NCBI RefSeq assembly: GCF_000025685.1
Contig: NC_013966.1
Coordinates: forward strand, 60,001-92,000
Length of the DNA stretch: 32,000 nt
Direction of reading: 5' to 3'
Source: Haloferax volcanii DS2
GTDB lineage: Archaea; Halobacteriota; Halobacteria; Halobacteriales; Haloferacaceae
Position numbers and translations under genes: made by a program. Positions 1 to 6,854 of this stretch are shown here, piece after piece. The stretch's first letter is position 1. Each line of letters starts with the position of its first letter. The notes under the pieces are model-generated. The model saw only the letters and a program-made list of their open reading frames with translations. It made no database searches and was not told the origin of the DNA.

Positions 1-1230
1 CCCGTTCTGTCCGCTGTCGGCGGAAGGCTCGTAATCGCCATTCACGTTCAACGCCCCGCGATTCAAGCGCACGTTTACGGGTGCGCCTCCGCCCGACGAC
101 TTTTGCGCCGAGCGGAGATACTTCAGGCCAATATTCTTCGCCGCGTTGTAGTCTGCGTGGGGCGAGTATCCACACTTCAGGCACTCGAATACGTTCTGCC
201 CGTCCGAGGTTGGACGGTTGTTCTCGTGGGTGAACCCGCACTTGGAACACCGCTGGGAGGTGTAGGCGGGACTCACTTGTTCGACCGAGATGCCGACCAC
301 TTCGGCCTTGTACTCGACATACTTGAACAGGCGTCGGAACGCCCACGCGTGGAACTTTTTGGCGTTGGGCATCCGCTCACGAATCCCCGTCAGGTTCTCG
401 AACGCGATCACGTCGCAGCCATACTCGACGGCTTCCGCAACGAGTTCCTTCGAGACAGTGTGTAAGAAGTGGTCGTACCGACCCGTCTCGGTGCGTCCAA
501 CCGACTGGATGGTTTCGTGGGCGGCCCGCGTGCCACGCTGGTGGAGTGACCCGCGCCGCTTCTCGAACTCGCGGTGCCAGTGATTCAGCTCCGACCCGTT
601 CCAGAATGTCCCTGTGGAGGTGACGGCGATGTTTTCGATGCCGAGGTCAACGCCGAGGACTGTGCTGTGCTCGTCGTTGCCGTCGTCGGTAGTCTCGAAC
701 TCCACGTCCGCCTTTGTTCGGACGTGAAGGTAGAACTCGCCGTCGCGGTAGTGCAGTTCTGCGCCCGTCACTTCGTAGTCGTCGTTGTATAGATACTCCG
801 AGTGTGGTGTCTCGCGGTTCTCGTCGGGGAGGACGTATTCGGCGGTGATTCGTCCTTCGACGGTCGAAAGCGTGGCGTGGTCGTCGTTGAACGTCGCACA
901 CCGCTTGTCGTAGACGAGCGTCGGGGCGGTGAAGTGCGGTTTTCCCGCGTAGTCACCGTGCTTCCACCGAGCGACGACGCTCTGTACGGCATCGGCGGCC
1001 TTGTTGCGGGCGTTCTGGACGAGATTCGCTTGAAGCCTCGTTTCGGCCCGCACGTCGTCGTAGGTTTCGCGTTGAAGTTCGGCTTTGCTCGTAGTCTTGT
1101 ACTCGCCTTGCCATGCGTGGTCGACGACGTAGTTGGCGGCCCACAGGAACTCGGAAATGGTTTCGCGGAGGAGGTCGGCGTCGCTGTCGGCCACGTCGAG
1201 TTTGACGGGGACGGTGCGACGTACCTCCAT
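1..1230 (-). CDS. tnpB: IS200/IS605-family (IS1341-type) TnpB-like RNA-guided endonuclease; C-terminus runs off the left window edge
   Basis: My translation of the minus strand from the ATG at 1230..1228 ([30 protein letters not shown]...) stays open for all 410 codons down to position 1. It is absent from the ORF track only because no stop lies in the window. RuvC-like contexts: [10 protein letters not shown] (rc of ~640-680), IAFENLTGI (rc of ~385-420), [10 protein letters not shown] (rc of ~125-160). A zinc ribbon CSKCG...CLKCG lies before the last motif. Confidence 0.85.
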   Translation of the reverse strand, partial: MEVRRTVPVKLDVADSDADLLRETISEFLWAANYVVDHAWQGEYKTTSKAELQRETYDDVRAETRLQANLVQNARNKAADAVQSVVARWKHGDYAGKPHFTAPTLVYDKRCATFNDDHATLSTVEGRITAEYVLPDENRETPHSEYLYNDDYEVTGAELHYRDGEFYLHVRTKADVEFETTDDGNDEHSTVLGVDLGIENIAVTSTGTFWNGSELNHWHREFEKRRGSLHQRGTRAAHETIQSVGRTETGRYDHFLHTVSKELVAEAVEYGCDVIAFENLTGIRERMPNAKKFHAWAFRRLFKYVEYKAEVVGISVEQVSPAYTSQRCSKCGFTHENNRPTSDGQNVFECLKCGYSPHADYNAAKNIGLKYLRSAQKSSGGGAPVNVRLNRGALNVNGDYEPSADSGQNG

Positions 1231-1256
1231 CCGTGGTTCAGATGTAGTGCCATGTC

Positions 1257-1262
1257 TTTATA
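1257..1262 (-). promoter_or_regulatory. TATA-box-like element for tnpB (leaderless geometry)
   Basis: The minus strand reads TATAAA followed by 26 nt and then the tnpB ATG at 1230. This spacing fits archaeal promoters of leaderless mRNAs. Confidence 0.35.
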
Positions 1263-1403
1263 TTAGCCATGATTCGGTGGGAGTCGGTAACCCATCGAGC
1301 GTGGGTGGTACAGTATCGTGTCGGTTTCCTCTCCACACAATCGCTCGCTTCGCTTGCCCCGTGAGGGCGAAAGCTCCACCTTGCATCACGCTGAACGGCA
1401 TCG

Positions 1404-1709
1404 TCACGGGTTCGAGTCCGGTGGGCCACTCTCTTGATCATCGCGTGCTGCGACCGCGGCTTCGAGCTCTTCGAGGCGTTCCTCGTGGTCGTCGAGGCGG
1501 GCCTCCTGTTCGAGATCGATGCTGAGAAGCGCCGGCAGTAGCGGGTTCTGATGGTTCAACAGCCCGCTCGCGTCGGCGTGTTCGCGGGCGTACTCGAACA
1601 GCTGGTCAAATCGTGGCTGGTCGCGACGCCGCAGTGCCCGGCGGAACTCTGCCCACCGCTCTTCGATGGCCCGGAGCGCATCCCGGTACGTCGGGTTTGT
1701 GCGCCCCAT
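1404..1709 (-). CDS. small Arg/Glu-rich, probably helical hypothetical protein, coupled to the upstream RecA-like gene
   Basis: ORF track 1404..1742. I prefer the internal ATG at 1709 (MGRTNPTYRDALRAIEERW...) because it lies 2 nt after the TAG stop (1714..1712) of the upstream gene. No recognisable catalytic motif. Confidence 0.5.
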   Translation of the reverse strand: MGRTNPTYRDALRAIEERWAEFRRALRRRDQPRFDQLFEYAREHADASGLLNHQNPLLPALLSIDLEQEARLDDHEERLEELEAAVAARDDQESGPPDSNP

Positions 1710-1711
1710 CG

Positions 1712-2656
1712 CTATCGGCCTCCTGTCCCGGTCGCGGTCCACGCATCGAGCAAGGGGTCCGCAGTGGCCGCCACCGTCTCACCGTCAGCTGTGACACCCG
1801 TTCCGACACCCTCCGGAGTCGGCGTCGACGGCGTCGGAGTTGTCGGTTCCACGCCGACCTGCGTGGCGCGTGCCGCGAGCAGCTGCCGCCAGTACGCGAG
1901 CGTCGTCTGGTAGTACGCGCCGTCGTCGACGGGATAGACGAGCGTCTCGAAGTCCTCGCCGACGACCCGTGGGCCCATCCGCGTCTGTTCACACTCCAGG
2001 TGGTGGTCGGCGACCGTCGCGACTGGCTCGGTGAATTCGTTTCGTTCGTTTCGCGTAACGAGCACCGGGATGTCGTACCCCTCGGTGTAGGTCGCTAACC
2101 GGGCAAGGGTTCGAGCCTGGAGGGTTTTCGCGTGAGTCTCGCCAAGGGTATCGTCGGCGCGGTACTGGGCATCGACGGTCGGCGCGACGATGAGGGCGGG
2201 CGTATGGGACGACGTATCCTCGTCATGACTTGGTTCCCCTCGACCGGTCGTCCCGGCGTCGGTGGTGGACATCTGGATTACCTTATTTACCGCTGACGGG
2301 AGATCACAGACGGCGCCGTAGTGCTGGTAGGCGGTAAAACCGCGTGCCACGTGGATTCGGTTGAGCAACCGTTGACTGGGCGCGATCTGGGAGAGTGTCG
2401 TCGTCGTCGCGTGTCCATTTGCGTCGACCCAGAAGGTGGGCCCGTCGTGCAGGAGGAGATGGTCGAGCACGAGCGACTGCAGGATCGGGACGCCGCGGTC
2501 CCCCTCGACGTCGAGCAGCGTGATGCCGTCGTCGAGCTGCGGCAACAACATCTCGTCCGTAGCCGGATCGGCCTGGTCAGCGAGGGACCGATTGCGGTCA
2601 GCGCCCCGTGTCGGCTGGTCCACCGCCAATCGGTTCGATGTTGAGTGTTCTCCCAT
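1712..2656 (-). CDS. RecA/RadB-fold-like protein with degenerate Walker A; Thr/Pro-rich C-terminal tail
   Basis: 314-aa ORF. FWVDANGHATTTTLSQIAPSQRLLNRIHVARGF and ALIVAPTVDAQYRADD...YDIPVLVTRNE resemble the RecA/RadB core strands (xxYIDTE..., xxVVDS...R, xxVxxTNQ). The expected GxxxxGKT position reads VEGDRGVPIL, so there is no P-loop lysine. Confidence 0.6.
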   Translation of the reverse strand: MGEHSTSNRLAVDQPTRGADRNRSLADQADPATDEMLLPQLDDGITLLDVEGDRGVPILQSLVLDHLLLHDGPTFWVDANGHATTTTLSQIAPSQRLLNRIHVARGFTAYQHYGAVCDLPSAVNKVIQMSTTDAGTTGRGEPSHDEDTSSHTPALIVAPTVDAQYRADDTLGETHAKTLQARTLARLATYTEGYDIPVLVTRNERNEFTEPVATVADHHLECEQTRMGPRVVGEDFETLVYPVDDGAYYQTTLAYWRQLLAARATQVGVEPTTPTPSTPTPEGVGTGVTADGETVAATADPLLDAWTATGTGGR

Positions 2657-2772
2657 ACTTGACTAGTTGTCTACGTTCCCGATAAGCCGCGGCGTGGCGC
2701 TTCCGCGTTTCAGGGAAGGGCTGAAAGGTATGTAGAACCGGACTCAGGCAACAGATTTCTGCCATCGTTCGA

Positions 2773-2799
2773 CCGTTTCCGAGAACGTTTCCAGAGAGG
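2773..2799. repeat. composite motif CCGTTTCCG-N6-TTTCCAGAGA (copy 1 of 2; twin at 6418-6440)
   Basis: ccgtttccgagaacgtttccagagagg. It shares a 9-mer and a 10-mer in the same order with 6418-6440 (ccgtttccggaatttccagagat); only the spacer differs (6 vs 3 nt). Confidence 0.5.
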
Positions 2800-2820
2800 A
2801 AGGCAGACAGTATCGTCGGA

Positions 2821-2861
2821 TTAACCAACAGACCGGGGATTCCAACTCGATTGTTGGTTAA
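2821..2861. repeat. perfect palindrome TTAACCAACA-N21-TGTTGGTTAA (copy 1 of 2)
   Basis: Arms at 2821-2830 and 2852-2861 with a 21-nt spacer gaccggggattccaactcgat. The arms and spacer length are identical to those at 4461-4501. Confidence 0.9.
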
Positions 2862-2929
2862 GACTCCCTGAACGTAGGGTGATCTCGCCCTCACGTAATT
2901 CTGTTGACGGCCCCGCATATCCCCCGAGT

Positions 2930-3529
2930 CTACGATCTGATGTGATCGACGATTGTTCTCAGCGCGGTTACATCGTCGTTATTGTACTGTTTGAGTCGAT
3001 CCCAGTCTGGTTCTTCGCCGTCGAGGAGATATCGCGTGTACTTGCTCCCGACCACAAACCCGTCGACGGTCGGGTCTTGATATTCAAAGCCGAGTGCGCT
3101 CGCTACGACGTCCAATTTATGCCGATTGAAGGGCCCAAAGAGTTCCTGTTGGGCAGTAATCCCGAGGTCGTGTGCTCGCTCCAGATGGTCGATCCCCTCA
3201 GTAATGCCGTGTTCGTCGAATCTGCGACTGAGACACTGTTCGTCGAAGTAGTTCCCTCCGTAGTAGATGATCGGCTCGGAGCCATGATCATCAAGGTACT
3301 CAGACAGCTCCTGAAGAAGTGCTGACTCGTCGTCCGGCTCGAAGAATTGTCGGTACGCATCGTTCTGGTAGCTGTAGGTGCCGACCAGCCAGATCCGATC
3401 CTGCTGAAGATCCGTTTCTATGTCCAAGAGGAGAGGCTCCGTATCGTGAAGGTCGTCGAAGGCGGACTTGTTTAGAATCACGACCTCATCGTTTTCGAAA
3501 GCCTGTCGATGAGCAATCCACCGGTCCAC
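2930..3529 (-). CDS. RNase H-fold DEDD(Y)-type 3'-5' exonuclease-like protein (YprB/RNase_H_2-like)
   Basis: 199-aa ORF with a GTG start at 3529. Exo I LLLDIETD, Exo II-like GGNYFDEQCL, Exo III-like YNNDDVTAL. The start lies 3 nt downstream of the stop of the preceding gene (TGA 3535..3533). Confidence 0.8.
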   Translation of the reverse strand: MDRWIAHRQAFENDEVVILNKSAFDDLHDTEPLLLDIETDLQQDRIWLVGTYSYQNDAYRQFFEPDDESALLQELSEYLDDHGSEPIIYYGGNYFDEQCLSRRFDEHGITEGIDHLERAHDLGITAQQELFGPFNRHKLDVVASALGFEYQDPTVDGFVVGSKYTRYLLDGEEPDWDRLKQYNNDDVTALRTIVDHIRS

Positions 3530-3532
3530 GTG

Positions 3533-4375
3533 TCATGAAGAGGCTCCAGGGAGGGCTTCGAGTTCGGCACGCCGTTCTTCGGTAATTTCATCTGGGTTAG
3601 TGATCCCTAACTCACTGAACTGTTCTACTCGGTTTCTCCCGACCTGGACGAGATCAGTCAGGCGACTGCCTAGCAGATGGCGAGTGTCGTAGAACTCGTA
3701 TTCGATTGACTCGTTCGAGGCGTCGATGGTGATGAGTGCGTATCTTCCTGGGTCGTCTACTCCGTCGTGGGATGCGATGTTGATCACCGTGCCGTACTCG
3801 AGGGTTTCAGCTCTACCTCCGAATTGATGGCAATGACCGCAGACGGTAGCTGGGGGCTGGATGTCGTCTATAAAGCTCCTGACGGCCTTCGACCCGATAT
3901 GTTGTTGCCCGAATCGCTTCCCGATATCGAGAATGCCGAAGGGAGGAGTGTGTGTGACAAGAATCGGAGTTCTGTCTTCACAAGCGGTGCGGTGTTCGGA
4001 AAGGTGCCGTTGGACGTCGTCCTCGGTATAGGTGATGAGACCAGGTCCCTGGGTTGATCCTTCCTGGCCGATGAACACGAGATCCTCGTAGATGTATGGT
4101 GTCCTGTGGAGGTCGGTGGTAAATTCCGCATCGAACTGCGGGCCGGTTGACGGGGGGAAGTCGTCGTTTCCTCGGACATAGAGCGATTGTTGGTGCTTCG
4201 TGAGGCGAGCAAGTTCTGCAAGATGATCTGTGTCAGTATCGGCGTTTTTGAAACGTGAGAGGTCGTCGCCGGCATATAGTAGTAAATCTGGAGTTGGTTC
4301 TACAGTTTCGAGAATGGTGTAGAGATCGTCAATAGGTTGAGAGCGCCAGTCAGATACGGCGAGTATGTGGGTCAT
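3533..4375 (-). CDS. calcineurin-like metallophosphoesterase with C-terminal helix-hairpin-helix-like tail
   Basis: 280-aa ORF. MPE motif series: ILAVSDWRS (I), LLYAGDDLS (II), YVRGNDDF (III), ILVTHTPPFG (IV), VCGHCHQFG (V). The C-terminus DLVQVGRNRVEQFSELGITNPDEI looks HhH-like. Confidence 0.85.
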   Translation of the reverse strand: MTHILAVSDWRSQPIDDLYTILETVEPTPDLLLYAGDDLSRFKNADTDTDHLAELARLTKHQQSLYVRGNDDFPPSTGPQFDAEFTTDLHRTPYIYEDLVFIGQEGSTQGPGLITYTEDDVQRHLSEHRTACEDRTPILVTHTPPFGILDIGKRFGQQHIGSKAVRSFIDDIQPPATVCGHCHQFGGRAETLEYGTVINIASHDGVDDPGRYALITIDASNESIEYEFYDTRHLLGSRLTDLVQVGRNRVEQFSELGITNPDEITEERRAELEALPGASS

Positions 4376-4460
4376 TTTGTATGAGCGTAGTTAGTGTGGC
4401 CTCTTCTATCGTTTGTTTAGGTGTACCGTTTGTCATTAGGAGTTTTTCCGCCCGTTGTCG

Positions 4461-4501
4461 TTAACCAACAAATCAGGCTCATCGGTCAATCTGTTGGTTA
4501 A
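4461..4501. repeat. perfect palindrome TTAACCAACA-N21-TGTTGGTTAA (copy 2 of 2)
   Basis: Arms at 4461-4470 and 4492-4501 with a 21-nt spacer aatcaggctcatcggtcaatc. It lies in the divergent intergenic region between the phosphoesterase operon (start 4375, minus) and the SRAP gene (start 4556, plus). Confidence 0.9.
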
Positions 4502-4555
4502 TGGTGAGATTCCTGTGCGACCACGTTGAAGATGCCTCCCTCCGAACTCCTCGGT

Positions 4556-5242
4556 ATGTGTGGCCGGAACTCGCTCTTCATCGACCAAGCAGACCTTGAG
4601 GCCCGCTTCGAAGCCGAGGTCGTCGCGGACGGCGGGTACACCCCCCGATACAACATCGCGCCTGGCGACGACCTCCACATCATCACGAACGAGGCTTCCG
4701 ACGAGATCGACGCCTACCACTGGGGGCTGATTCCGTTCTGGGCGGATGAACCTGAGGAAGGCATCATCAATGCTCGCTCCGAGACTGCTGACGAGAAACG
4801 CGTCTTCGAGCGGGCGTGGGAATCACGTCCCTGCCTCGTCCCCTCGTCAGGGTTCTACGAATGGAAATCGCCGAACGGCGGGTCGAAGCAGCCCTACCGG
4901 ATTTACCGGGAGGACGACCCCGCATTCGCTATGGCCGGGCTCTGGGACGTCTGGGAGGGCGACGACGAGACGATCTCGTGCGTCACGATTCTCACGACGG
5001 AGCCGAACGACCTGATGAACTCAATCCACGACCGGATGCCGGTCGTCCTCCCGAAGGACGCTGAGTCCGACTGGCTCGCCGCAGACCCGGACACCCGCAA
5101 GGAACTGTGCCAGCCGTACCCGAAGGACGATCTGGACGCCTACGAGATTTCGACGCGGGTCAACAACCCCGGCAACGACGATCACCAGGTCATCGAGCCA
5201 CTGGACCACGAGCAATCGGGCCTCGGCGAGTTCAGTTCCTGA
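4556..5242 (+). CDS. SOS-response-associated peptidase (SRAP, YedK/HMCES family) abasic-site-processing protein
   Basis: The track ORF is 4526..5242. I place the start at ATG 4556 because the family hallmark is an N-terminal Met-Cys (MCGRNSLF...; Cys2 is the nucleophile). Also GFYEWK and HDRMPVVLP. Confidence 0.9.
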   Translation: MCGRNSLFIDQADLEARFEAEVVADGGYTPRYNIAPGDDLHIITNEASDEIDAYHWGLIPFWADEPEEGIINARSETADEKRVFERAWESRPCLVPSSGFYEWKSPNGGSKQPYRIYREDDPAFAMAGLWDVWEGDDETISCVTILTTEPNDLMNSIHDRMPVVLPKDAESDWLAADPDTRKELCQPYPKDDLDAYEISTRVNNPGNDDHQVIEPLDHEQSGLGEFSS

Positions 5243-5260
5243 TGGCTGACGGGGTCACCG

Positions 5261-6289
5261 TTACTGCATCGGCGACGCCGCCGCTGAATCGACGAGCGAG
5301 TACTCTCGGTCCCGACTCGTCCCTTCCGCCTCGAGGAGGTTGTACTGCTCCATTTTCGAGAGGTACGTGCGGATAGTCCGCTTCGTCCGCGGATCATCGA
5401 CGTCCTCGGTATAGCGCTCGTGAATCTCGCTCGGCCCGACTGGGCCGTGCTCGCGAACGATATCGTAGACGACCCGCTGATGGGGGGTAAGTGAATCGAG
5501 GCTCTTCTGCTTAATCTGGGCCCGAGCATCCTCGGCGGCGTCCAGGAGGATGTCGTCGGTGATGCGCTCGTGATTCTCGCGATCGGCCTTGCCGGCGGCC
5601 GTTCGGAGGATACCGATTGCGAGGCGGGCGTCGCCGGCGGCCGCGTCGGCGACCCGATAGAGCTGGTCGTCGGTGATGATGTCCTCGTCGAGTCCCCACT
5701 TCGCCCGCGCACTCAGGATGTCGTACAGTTGCTCGTCGTGGTACTTGTCCATCCGTACGTGCTCGCTGGAGCGTAGCCGACTCACGAGGCGATCATCGAC
5801 GCGGCCGAACAGCTCCTCTTCCTTGTTCGCGATGCAGATGATCGCGAACTGCGGGAGGCTGTGGAGGTCGTAGATGACGCTGGGGTCCTCCAGTTGGTCG
5901 ACTTCGTCGAGGATGACGACCGTTCGCGGACCGTCGTGTTGCTGAAGGCGGTCGACGAGTTCGTCGTGCGGCGTCGACTGCCGGTGGATGTCGATGGTCG
6001 CGCCGAGGTCGTCGAGGATCTGGTAGAGTGTCCGAAATCGGGTGTAGTTACGCCAGCAGTTGACGTAGGTGGCCTCGACGTCGAGGACCTCTTCGCGGAG
6101 CCGTTCGGTGACGAACTTCGAGATGCAGGTCTTGCCAGCGCCGCTGGGTCCGGTGACAATAGCGGTATCGGCGGGTTCACCGTTCGTGATGGGCTCGAGA
6201 ACGCTAGAGAGGTGGTTGACTTCGGCGTCGCGATGCTCAACTTCCCGAGGAACGAACCCGGCGCGGAGAACGCGAGCATCGCGAATCAT
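5261..6289 (-). CDS. cdc6: Orc1/Cdc6 family replication initiator
   Basis: 342 aa. Walker A GPSGAGKT, Walker B VVILDEVDQL, and a C-terminal winged-helix region (LTPHQRVVYDIV...TIRTYLSKMEQYNLLE). ATG at 6289..6287. Confidence 0.95.
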   Translation of the reverse strand: MIRDARVLRAGFVPREVEHRDAEVNHLSSVLEPITNGEPADTAIVTGPSGAGKTCISKFVTERLREEVLDVEATYVNCWRNYTRFRTLYQILDDLGATIDIHRQSTPHDELVDRLQQHDGPRTVVILDEVDQLEDPSVIYDLHSLPQFAIICIANKEEELFGRVDDRLVSRLRSSEHVRMDKYHDEQLYDILSARAKWGLDEDIITDDQLYRVADAAAGDARLAIGILRTAAGKADRENHERITDDILLDAAEDARAQIKQKSLDSLTPHQRVVYDIVREHGPVGPSEIHERYTEDVDDPRTKRTIRTYLSKMEQYNLLEAEGTSRDREYSLVDSAAASPMQ

Positions 6290-6339
6290 CTATATCTGGT
6301 AGACTGATTTTCAGGCTAGTAGTAAAAACGTGACCGGGT

Positions 6340-6440
6340 CGCTTCCGGAAAGCAATTTCAATGGAGAGAGGACTCGATTGTCTACTCGCTGTATAGCGGT
6401 TTGTTTGTGGAAACATCCCGTTTCCGGAATTTCCAGAGAT
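6340..6440. other. candidate origin or control region with ORB-like repeats upstream of orc1/cdc6
   Basis: TTCCGGAA occurs at 6343-6350 and 6422-6429. Inverted repeat GGAAAC-ATCCC-GTTTCC at 6409-6425. TGTGGAAAC resembles the archaeal mini-ORB core. Short A-rich run at 6316-6330. Composite motif at 6418-6440. Confidence 0.3.
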
Positions 6441-6481
6441 ACGGACATCAATCTCGTTGCATAAGAGCCTGTATCAGCTTA

Positions 6482-6730
6482 TCAGGATACAGAGCCGTCA
6501 TCTTCGTTGATGGGGGGCCGGAGATCGCGCCATCGAAAATCTGCGGTTTCTCCAGAGGTGAGAGAGACTCGATAGAGGTGCTCGTCCCGTTCATCACCAG
6601 TCACCGCTTCAGCATCGTCAGTCAGTATTGTAACAATGTGACCGTGTACTCCATGATACTGCTCGTGGTCAGGATCTGTCTCGTCTGGAATATCAATCCG
6701 GACACGGTCCCCTTTCGAGAAGCGCTGCAT
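6482..6730 (-). CDS. small acidic hypothetical protein (possible SH3/KOW-like barrel)
   Basis: 82-aa ORF, ATG at 6730. It starts MQRFSKGDRVRIDIPDE... and is highly acidic, like the genuine proteins of this replicon. No catalytic motif. Confidence 0.55.
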   Translation of the reverse strand: MQRFSKGDRVRIDIPDETDPDHEQYHGVHGHIVTILTDDAEAVTGDERDEHLYRVSLTSGETADFRWRDLRPPINEDDGSVS

Positions 6731-6822
6731 TGAGATTCAGTACGGCATCGACCACAATTAGTCCATATGATTCAGCTCAGGGTCTATCGGGGAGCGGATT
6801 GGGCGCTCATCAGCGGCATACC

Positions 6823-6828
6823 TTTATG
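6823..6828 (+). promoter_or_regulatory. TATA-like box for the McrB-like gene
   Basis: TTTATG followed by 26 nt and then ATG 6855. This supports ATG 6855 over the GTG at 6837 used by the ORF track. Confidence 0.35.
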
Positions 6829-6854
6829 ATCCTCGTGTGTTGGATTTCGATAAT

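Noticed and set aside
103-1266. Track ORFs 103..465(+), 290..583(+), 574..792(+), 768..1253(-), 802..1266(+) and others as genes
   Set aside because: They are shadow ORFs overlapping the open tnpB frame. The translations are Arg/Pro/Ser/Thr- or Val/Gly-rich, low-complexity and basic, as expected from off-frame reading of GC-rich coding DNA.
1406-1430. A tRNA gene suggested by GGTTCGAGTCC
   Set aside because: Only a T-arm-like segment with one mismatch and an acceptor-like 3' strand are present. There is no matching 5' acceptor strand (GTGGCCC), D-arm or anticodon arm upstream. At most it is a fragment.
2598-2918. 106-aa minus-strand ORF in the intergenic region containing palindrome copy 1
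   Set aside because: It overlaps the 5' end of the RecA-like gene and has a basic, Gly/Arg/Leu-rich composition unlike the acidic proteins of this replicon. No motif. The region is better explained as regulatory.
2821-4501. An integron-like gene cassette with attC-type palindromes
   Set aside because: The arms only loosely resemble the RYYYAAC/GTTRRRY cores, and no tyrosine recombinase or integrase gene is visible in the window. I keep it only as a remote alternative under the palindrome finding.
5182-6307. Multiple ORFs antisense to or overlapping orc1/cdc6 (5182..5712, 5782..6279, 5861..6307 and others)
   Set aside because: They are off-frame or antisense shadows of a clearly genuine Orc1/Cdc6 gene, with Ser/Arg/Thr-rich low-complexity translations.
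6837-6854. Longer N-terminal versions of several genes as given in the ORF track (6837 GTG, 4526, 10078, 13317 TTG, 15752, 25055 TTG, 27470, 31684)
   Set aside because: Each has an internal ATG with better support. The support includes family-defining N-termini (MCGR for SRAP), stop/start coupling with the upstream gene (10141, 15701), paralogue alignment (13296), TATA spacing (6855, 25046), or an atypical basic extension (27260, 31582).
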